Assembly (NCBI GenBank): GCA_963828165.1
Contig: CAWHDR010000001.1
Span: forward strand, 2,816,001-2,880,000
Source of the DNA: an uncultured Chloroflexia bacterium
Lineage (GTDB): Bacteria; Chloroflexota; Limnocylindria; Limnocylindrales; CSP1-4
DNA length: 64,000 nucleotides
Direction: 5' to 3'
A program made the position numbers and the translations under genes. Shown in pieces: positions 58,613 to 64,000 of the stretch (positions are counted from its first letter, which is position 1; each line of letters starts with the position of its first letter). Under the pieces are notes generated by a model. It saw only the letters and a list, made by a program, of their open reading frames with translations. It was not told the origin of the DNA and ran no database searches.

Positions 58613-59182
58613 ATGAGCACGTACAAAGTCGGCTATTTCGTGGGGAGCCTCTCCTCCACCTCCATCAACCGCGAACTGTCGGAGGCGCTGATCAAGCTCG
58701 CGCCGGACGATCTCGAGTTCACCGAGATCCCGATCAGGGATCTGCCGCTCTACAGCCAGGACTACGACGCTGACTTCCCGCCCGAGGCCAGGGCCCTCAA
58801 GGAAGCGATTGCCGACTCGGACGCCGTCCTGTTCGTCACACCCGAGTACAACCGGTCGATCCCGGGCGCCCTCAAGAATGCGATCGACTGGGCGTCGCGG
58901 CCCTGGGGTGAGAATTCGTTCGACCAGATGGCCGCCGCCGTCATCGGGACGTCGGCCGGGCAGATCGGCACGGCGATGGCCCAGCAGAGCCTGCGCGGGG
59001 TACTCAGCTTCTGCAACGCGCGCCAGATGACCGCACCCGAGGCCTACATCCGGTATTCCCCGGAGACGTTCCCCGGCAACGGCGAAGTCGCGGACGAGTC
59101 GACGCGGGCATTCCTCACCAAGTACATGGAAGAGTTCCGGACGTACATCGCGCGAGTCCTCACCGTCATCCCGCGAACCTGA
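58613..59182 (+). CDS. NADPH-dependent FMN reductase
   Basis: VGSL, TPEYNRSIPGALKNAIDWASRP. Confidence 0.92.
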   Translation: MSTYKVGYFVGSLSSTSINRELSEALIKLAPDDLEFTEIPIRDLPLYSQDYDADFPPEARALKEAIADSDAVLFVTPEYNRSIPGALKNAIDWASRPWGENSFDQMAAAVIGTSAGQIGTAMAQQSLRGVLSFCNARQMTAPEAYIRYSPETFPGNGEVADESTRAFLTKYMEEFRTYIARVLTVIPRT

Positions 59183-59213
59183 GGGTTCGCTTCGCTCCAG
59201 GCGCCACGGGGGA

Positions 59214-60230
59214 TCAGAGGTGCGGTGCGACCCCCTCGGCGAGTTGCTCCATGACCTCGACCTGCGCGTCGTACTCGAGCAGCGGCAGATGGCTGCGCGC
59301 TACGAACTCGACCGGCACGGGCACCTGGCGCCGGATCCCGAGTAGCGTGTCGACGAGCTCGTCGGGCGTGCCGGCGTACGCGGTCCGGCGCGAGAGGAGC
59401 CTTTCGTCATCGCCATCGAACGGGGGAGGGGACGTGGCCGGGAGCGGTCGGGTCGCCGACGCCTCCATGTCCGAGTACTTCCAGTTCAGCCCCCAGACGG
59501 CGTCGCGGTAGCGGGCGAGCGCATCGGCCCGGGACGTGCCGGGCAGCAGGATCGAGTAGTGGATGAACCGGAAGGTGGACGGGTCGCGTCCGGCCTCCTC
59601 GAGCTCGTCGAGCACCCACCCGACTTGTTCGCGGAACTTGTCCGCCGGGGCGTTCGAAAAGATGCCGTCCGCGAGTCGGGCGGCCCGGCGGATGGCCGGC
59701 TCGGCGCCGCCGCCGACGAGGACCGGGATCCGGGTCGACGGTGTCGGGCGCACCGCGAGGGTAGGTAGCTGGTACACCGATCCCTCGTGGGTGAACGGCT
59801 CGCCGCTCCATGCCTGCGGCAGGATCCGGAGGATCTCTTCCATCGCCACGCCGCGACGCCGCATGTCGGCTCCGAGTCCGGCGTACTCGACTTCCGACCA
59901 GCCGAGCCCGAGCCCGAGTGCGAGTCGACCGTGGCTCAGCAGCTGGACGGTCGCCGCATCTTCCGCGAGGCGCAGCGGGTGATGCATCGGCGCGAGGATG
60001 ACGCCGGTGCCGATCTCGATCCGTGAGGTCGCCTGGGCGAGGGCCGCGCTGACGACGAGCAGCGAAGGCATGTAGCCGTCGTCGACGAAGTGGTGCTCCG
60101 TCGTCCAGACCGAGCTGAAGCCGAGCCGTTCGGCCTCGACCGCCAAGCGGACCGTGTCGTCATACGCACGCGTCCAGTCGGTCTCGCCGGGTCGGAGCTG
60201 GGCGCTGAGGAGTCCGAATCCGAGGGTCAT
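59214..60230 (-). CDS. LLM-class flavin-dependent oxidoreductase
   Basis: W.TEHHF, P.RLAEDAA.V..LS.GRL.LG.G.G. Confidence 0.9.
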   Translation of the reverse strand: MTLGFGLLSAQLRPGETDWTRAYDDTVRLAVEAERLGFSSVWTTEHHFVDDGYMPSLLVVSAALAQATSRIEIGTGVILAPMHHPLRLAEDAATVQLLSHGRLALGLGLGWSEVEYAGLGADMRRRGVAMEEILRILPQAWSGEPFTHEGSVYQLPTLAVRPTPSTRIPVLVGGGAEPAIRRAARLADGIFSNAPADKFREQVGWVLDELEEAGRDPSTFRFIHYSILLPGTSRADALARYRDAVWGLNWKYSDMEASATRPLPATSPPPFDGDDERLLSRRTAYAGTPDELVDTLLGIRRQVPVPVEFVARSHLPLLEYDAQVEVMEQLAEGVAPHL

Positions 60231-60361
60231 GCCGGAGAGGCTACTGCCCTGGAGCCCGAGGCGCAGGTCGGCCCGGTAAAATCAACCGGTCCCAGCGCCC
60301 GCCGAGGCACATCGCCACGTCATCGAGCGGCTTGCGCAAGCGTCGGAGCGGAGGATCGATC

Positions 60362-60733
60362 ATGGATTGGAAGCTCGAGCTCGTTTCGGTGCCAGTGTCG
60401 GACGTCGACCGGGCGATCGCGTTCTACACCGACAAGGTCGGCTTCCATCTCGACCAGGATCACAAGGTCAGCGATCAGCTCCGCTTCGTTCAGCTGACGC
60501 CCGTGGGGTCGGCCTGCTCGATCGCGATCGGGACGGGGATGACGGACAAGCCGCCGGGCTCAGTCGGTGGGCTCCAACTGGTCGTCAAGGACGCCGCCGC
60601 CGCACGAGCGGAGCTGCTCGAGCGTGGCGTCGAGGTGAGCGACCTCCAGGACATGCCGTGGGGCCGATTCGTGTTCTTCAGCGATCCGGACGGCAATGGC
60701 TGGGCGGTCCAGGAGCTCCCGGCTCGGCCTTGA
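60362..60733 (+). CDS. VOC/glyoxalase family protein (paralog of 9036..9467)
   Basis: MDWKLELV.VPVSDVDRA, QLTP.GSACSI, DPDGNGWAVQE; GGAGG RBS. Confidence 0.9.
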   Translation: MDWKLELVSVPVSDVDRAIAFYTDKVGFHLDQDHKVSDQLRFVQLTPVGSACSIAIGTGMTDKPPGSVGGLQLVVKDAAAARAELLERGVEVSDLQDMPWGRFVFFSDPDGNGWAVQELPARP

Positions 60734-60861
60734 TCCGCCCACGACGTCGGGCGGACCAGCAGCGACGCCCGAGACCGCTCGACGGACTGGTGACAAGACC
60801 CGCCCCTCCGTCGGAGAACCCCGGACCGTCCGGCCCTCGTCTTCCACCGTAGAATCCGTAC

Positions 60862-61884
60862 GTGAAGAAGATCGGATTCCTCTCGTTCGGACACTGGTCC
60901 GATTCGCCGTACTCCCAGGTGCGCTCGGGTGCCGACGCGTTGATCCAGTCGATCGAGCTCGCGGAAGCCGTCGAGGATCTGGGGGCCGACGGCGCCTACT
61001 TCCGCGTCCACCACTTCGCGCAGCAGCTCGCGTCGCCGTTCCCGCTCCTGGCGGCGATCGGGGCGCGGACGAAGCGGATCGAGATCGGCACGGCCGTGAT
61101 CGACATGCGCTACGAGAACCCGCTGTACATGATCGAGGACGCCGGTGCGGCCGATCTGATCGCCGGTGGCCGGCTGCAGCTCGGGATCAGCCGCGGCTCG
61201 CCCGAGCAGGTCATCGACGGCTTCCGCTACTTCGGCTACGCGCCCGCGGAAGGCAAGACCGACGCGGACATGGCGCGCGACCACACGGAGGTGTTCCTGC
61301 AGGCCCTGTCCGGCGTCGGGTTCGCCCAGCCGAACCCCACGCCGATGTTCCCGAACCCGCCCGGACTGCTCCGCCCCGAGCCGCATTCGCCGGGCCTGCG
61401 GGACCGGATCTGGTGGGGCGCGGGATCTCGAGCGACCGCCCAGTGGACGGGCGAGCAGGGGATGAACCTGATGTCGTCGACCCTGCTGACCGAGGACGCC
61501 GGCGTGCCGTTCCACGAGCTCCAGGCCGAGCAGATCCGCCTGTTCCGCGAGGCATGGACCGCGGCGGGACACGAGCGCGAGCCGCGGGTGTCGGTGAGTC
61601 GCAGCATCTTCGCGCTGGTCGACGATCGGGATCGGGCGTACTTCGGTCGCGGCAACCAGGAGACGGACAAGGTCGGCTACATCGACGCGCAGACGAAGGC
61701 GATCTTCGGGCGCTCCTACGCCGCGGAGCCCGACGTCCTCGTCAAGGAGCTCGCCGGGGACACGGCGATCCAGGCCGCCGACACGCTGCTGCTGACCGTC
61801 CCCAACCAGCTCGGGGTCGAGTACAACGCCCACGCCATCGAGAGCATCCTCAAGTACGTGGCCCCCGATCTCGGCTGGCGCTGA
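60862..61884 (+). CDS. LLM-class flavin-dependent oxidoreductase
   Basis: IGFLSFGHW, RVHHFA, IDMRYENP, GISRGSPE, PNQLG; TAGAAT box 6 nt upstream. Confidence 0.9.
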   Translation: MKKIGFLSFGHWSDSPYSQVRSGADALIQSIELAEAVEDLGADGAYFRVHHFAQQLASPFPLLAAIGARTKRIEIGTAVIDMRYENPLYMIEDAGAADLIAGGRLQLGISRGSPEQVIDGFRYFGYAPAEGKTDADMARDHTEVFLQALSGVGFAQPNPTPMFPNPPGLLRPEPHSPGLRDRIWWGAGSRATAQWTGEQGMNLMSSTLLTEDAGVPFHELQAEQIRLFREAWTAAGHEREPRVSVSRSIFALVDDRDRAYFGRGNQETDKVGYIDAQTKAIFGRSYAAEPDVLVKELAGDTAIQAADTLLLTVPNQLGVEYNAHAIESILKYVAPDLGWR

Positions 61885-62049
61885 TCAGGTCGAACGCGCC
61901 TGGCGTCCGCGCAGATCCGCAATGGATCCACCTGCCGCCGAGCGCCAAAGACTGAGGCATGACGGCGCCGAACGCGCCTCACGTAGACTCGGGTTCTCGG
62001 CCGCCGGGTCGCAATCGGGGAGTCGAATGGTGGACGCGCGGTCGACCGG

Positions 62050-62493
62050 ATGAACCCATCCATCGAATGCCCACGCTGCGGCGCCTCGACCGTCGAACGG
62101 ACGAATTGTGATTCCGGAGAACGCTTCCTCGGATGCAGTCGGTTTCCGGCGTGCCGTGGAACACGACCGCTGGTCGACGGCGCTAAAGCGAGCGCGCCGA
62201 CACATCCCACCCTTCCCACTCGTCCGGCGCGCCCAACCCGCCCAACCCGCTACAAGCTGAGCGCGGGCGGCCGGGCTCGCAATCTCCCAGATGTCGTCGA
62301 GCTACTGGTCGCCCGAGCGATCGGTAGAAACCTGACGCCGATCCAAGGCTGCATCGTCCAAGTCCTCGCTGTCGTGGTCTTCGCAGGCCTCGTGTACGCG
62401 TTCTTCGTTTCCGGCCTGTTCATGCGGGTCGTCGAGCCATTCGCTCAGTGGTACACAGACCAGGTGTTCCCCACGCCCACAACAGCGCCCTGA
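62050..62493 (+). CDS. Topoisomerase-type C4 zinc-ribbon protein with C-terminal TM segment
   Basis: CPRCG...R.....FLGCSRFPAC; Pro-rich linker; hydrophobic C-terminal helix. Confidence 0.75.
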   Translation: MNPSIECPRCGASTVERTNCDSGERFLGCSRFPACRGTRPLVDGAKASAPTHPTLPTRPARPTRPTRYKLSAGGRARNLPDVVELLVARAIGRNLTPIQGCIVQVLAVVVFAGLVYAFFVSGLFMRVVEPFAQWYTDQVFPTPTTAP

Positions 62494-62532
62494 TCGGAAC
62501 GCGCCGGATCGAGGAGTAAGGAGGTTACGCCC

Positions 62533-62916
62533 GTGGGATCAGTCGAGGAAGCAATCCGGGCGAGATTCAGGACGCCCACGACGCTTCATACCCTGGGGCA
62601 AAGAAAGCCTTTCGTCCTTCAGCGCATCGACCACAATGGGATCGTTCTCCTGCTCGGGAAACAGCGGAACTACACGCCGTTGGGCTGGGACTGTCTCGAG
62701 GGCATCGTCCCGTTCCTGCGTCGTTACTCCGGATGGGTACCCGCCGGCGGGACGTACGTGGTCGACGGCGAGCTCGGCACGCTCGATGAATACCTGAAGG
62801 ACTGCATCTCACGGCAGACCTCGCGTTGGGTCGCTGTGGTCCTGCAGGAAGCTGGCGTCGTCGGCGTGGATAAGGGTCCGCCCCTGCGAGTCCGGCTCAC
62901 CGAACAGTTCAGGTAA
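62533..62916 (+). CDS. Hypothetical protein (127 aa)
   Basis: Perfect TAAGGAGGT RBS before GTG; globular composition. Confidence 0.75.
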   Translation: MGSVEEAIRARFRTPTTLHTLGQRKPFVLQRIDHNGIVLLLGKQRNYTPLGWDCLEGIVPFLRRYSGWVPAGGTYVVDGELGTLDEYLKDCISRQTSRWVAVVLQEAGVVGVDKGPPLRVRLTEQFR

Positions 62917-62982
62917 CCGCTGCTCGACCGGAATCGGGCCTCTGACAGCCTAGGTGGCACACGCGATCGTCAGGATCGCGAC

Positions 62983-63384
62983 ATGAACGGTTTCGGTACC
63001 GCGCGACACCGTCAATTGCCCGTCGGGCTGCTCTCAGCCGGCTGGGCCGATGGCAATCGAGGCGAGAACCTCGTGGTCGAGGTCCTGGCCGCCGCTGGGG
63101 TCGCCCCTCGCTTCAACGTGGCCGGTAGCGTCCTCGACTGCCATCAGCAGTTCGCCGTCGGGCCGTACACGCTCGATTTCGCCTGGCCGAAGCTCAGGAT
63201 CGGGCTCGAGGCGGACGGCGGGATCCACCAGAAGACCCGCTGCTACACGCGCGATCGCCGCCGCGACGCCTGGCTGCGGGAGCACGGCTGGCTGATGTTC
63301 CGCGTCGACATCGAGAACCGCGCCCTGCTCCCGAGCCAGATCGGGCGGGTCCTCGACGTCGTCCGTGCGATGGCGCGCGCATGA
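62983..63384 (+). CDS. DUF559 / Vsr-like endonuclease domain protein
   Basis: Q..VGPY.LDFAWP...IGLEADG..H...DR.RDAWL...GW...R. Confidence 0.8.
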   Translation: MNGFGTARHRQLPVGLLSAGWADGNRGENLVVEVLAAAGVAPRFNVAGSVLDCHQQFAVGPYTLDFAWPKLRIGLEADGGIHQKTRCYTRDRRRDAWLREHGWLMFRVDIENRALLPSQIGRVLDVVRAMARA

Positions 63385-63464
63385 GCGCCTCGAGGATGGC
63401 GACGGGCGCTGACTAGACTTTCGCTCGACCGAACCGGTTGGGGAACGAAAAAGAGGGAGCGTCG

Positions 63465-63992
63465 GTGACTGCAGGCACGCCGGACCGCGTCTATCGCGCG
63501 ATCAGTCGAGTGAGTCATGACAACCGCCGCTACTGGCCGACCCTCGACGTCCCCGTCGCACCACAGCGCTGGAACCGAGAGGATCAGCCCACCATCTACG
63601 CGTCGCGCGAGCCGCAAGTCGCGGCAGCCGAGAAGCTTGGGCAACTGTCGAGATCACCGACGCTCCGCTCGGCGCGTGCATTCTGGAGCATCGCGCCGGC
63701 CACGGACGAGGTGTTCATCCTATCCTTCGACCCCAGCGTCTTTCGCGCCAACCTCGCCGATCTCACGGGTCTCCCGGACATCGGCGACTTCCTGACGCCG
63801 GACTACAAGGCCAGTCAGGAGCGCGCCGCCACCCTGCTCGCAAATGGGATGACGGCATTGCGCGCGCCGTCGGCGGTGTTCTGGCCAGACCTGCACCTCA
63901 ACGAGGCGTACTTCGTCACACTGCCTGGCCAGCCCCAACGGGAGCAGTTCCCGCAGGTGCACGAGTTCGGCAAGTTCAAGGGTGAGCCTTGA
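63465..63992 (+). CDS. RES domain protein (NAD+-consuming toxin family)
   Basis: VYR, RWN, TIYAS...AAAE, Y.ASQ, PSA; GAGGGAG RBS + GTG. Confidence 0.7.
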   Translation: MTAGTPDRVYRAISRVSHDNRRYWPTLDVPVAPQRWNREDQPTIYASREPQVAAAEKLGQLSRSPTLRSARAFWSIAPATDEVFILSFDPSVFRANLADLTGLPDIGDFLTPDYKASQERAATLLANGMTALRAPSAVFWPDLHLNEAYFVTLPGQPQREQFPQVHEFGKFKGEP

Positions 63993-64000
63993 CAGTGGGA

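Overview
High-GC (~70% by eye) bacterial chromosomal window with about 70 tightly packed genes and no rRNA, tRNA, CRISPR array, integrase or transposase that I can recognise. F420-type enzymes, many TAnnnT + 6-8 nt + start (leaderless) genes and the gene repertoire suggest Chloroflexota or Actinomycetota (inference). It is an accessory/stress region with five themes. (1) DNA-damage and drug resistance: AlkZ-like glycosylase, UvrA2/DrrC-like ATPase, LigD ligase domain, spore-photoproduct-lyase family, AAC(2')-I and several VOC proteins. (2) Signalling: two TPR-class III cyclases, a membrane cyclase, a cNMP-domain MFS, a STAND-LuxR regulator, an ECF sigma/anti-sigma pair and an RsbQ + PAS kinase. 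(3) Storage and starvation: cyanophycin synthetase and PhoX. (4) Secreted hydrolases: GH25, a trypsin-like protein and a subtilase. (5) At the right end, the possible start of a defence-like island (Zn-ribbon membrane protein, unknown protein, DUF559 nuclease, RES domain). Best candidate for a new system: an archaeal/eukaryotic-type DRG/Rbg GTPase with deviant G3/G4 motifs, preceded by an unannotated 22-codon leader ORF and overlapping alternative RNA stems, consistent with a ribosome-stalling attenuator. Several deletion scars (gene relics) are visible. Five single-base +1 frameshifts look like sequencing errors. All product calls come from motif recognition by eye; no searches were run.
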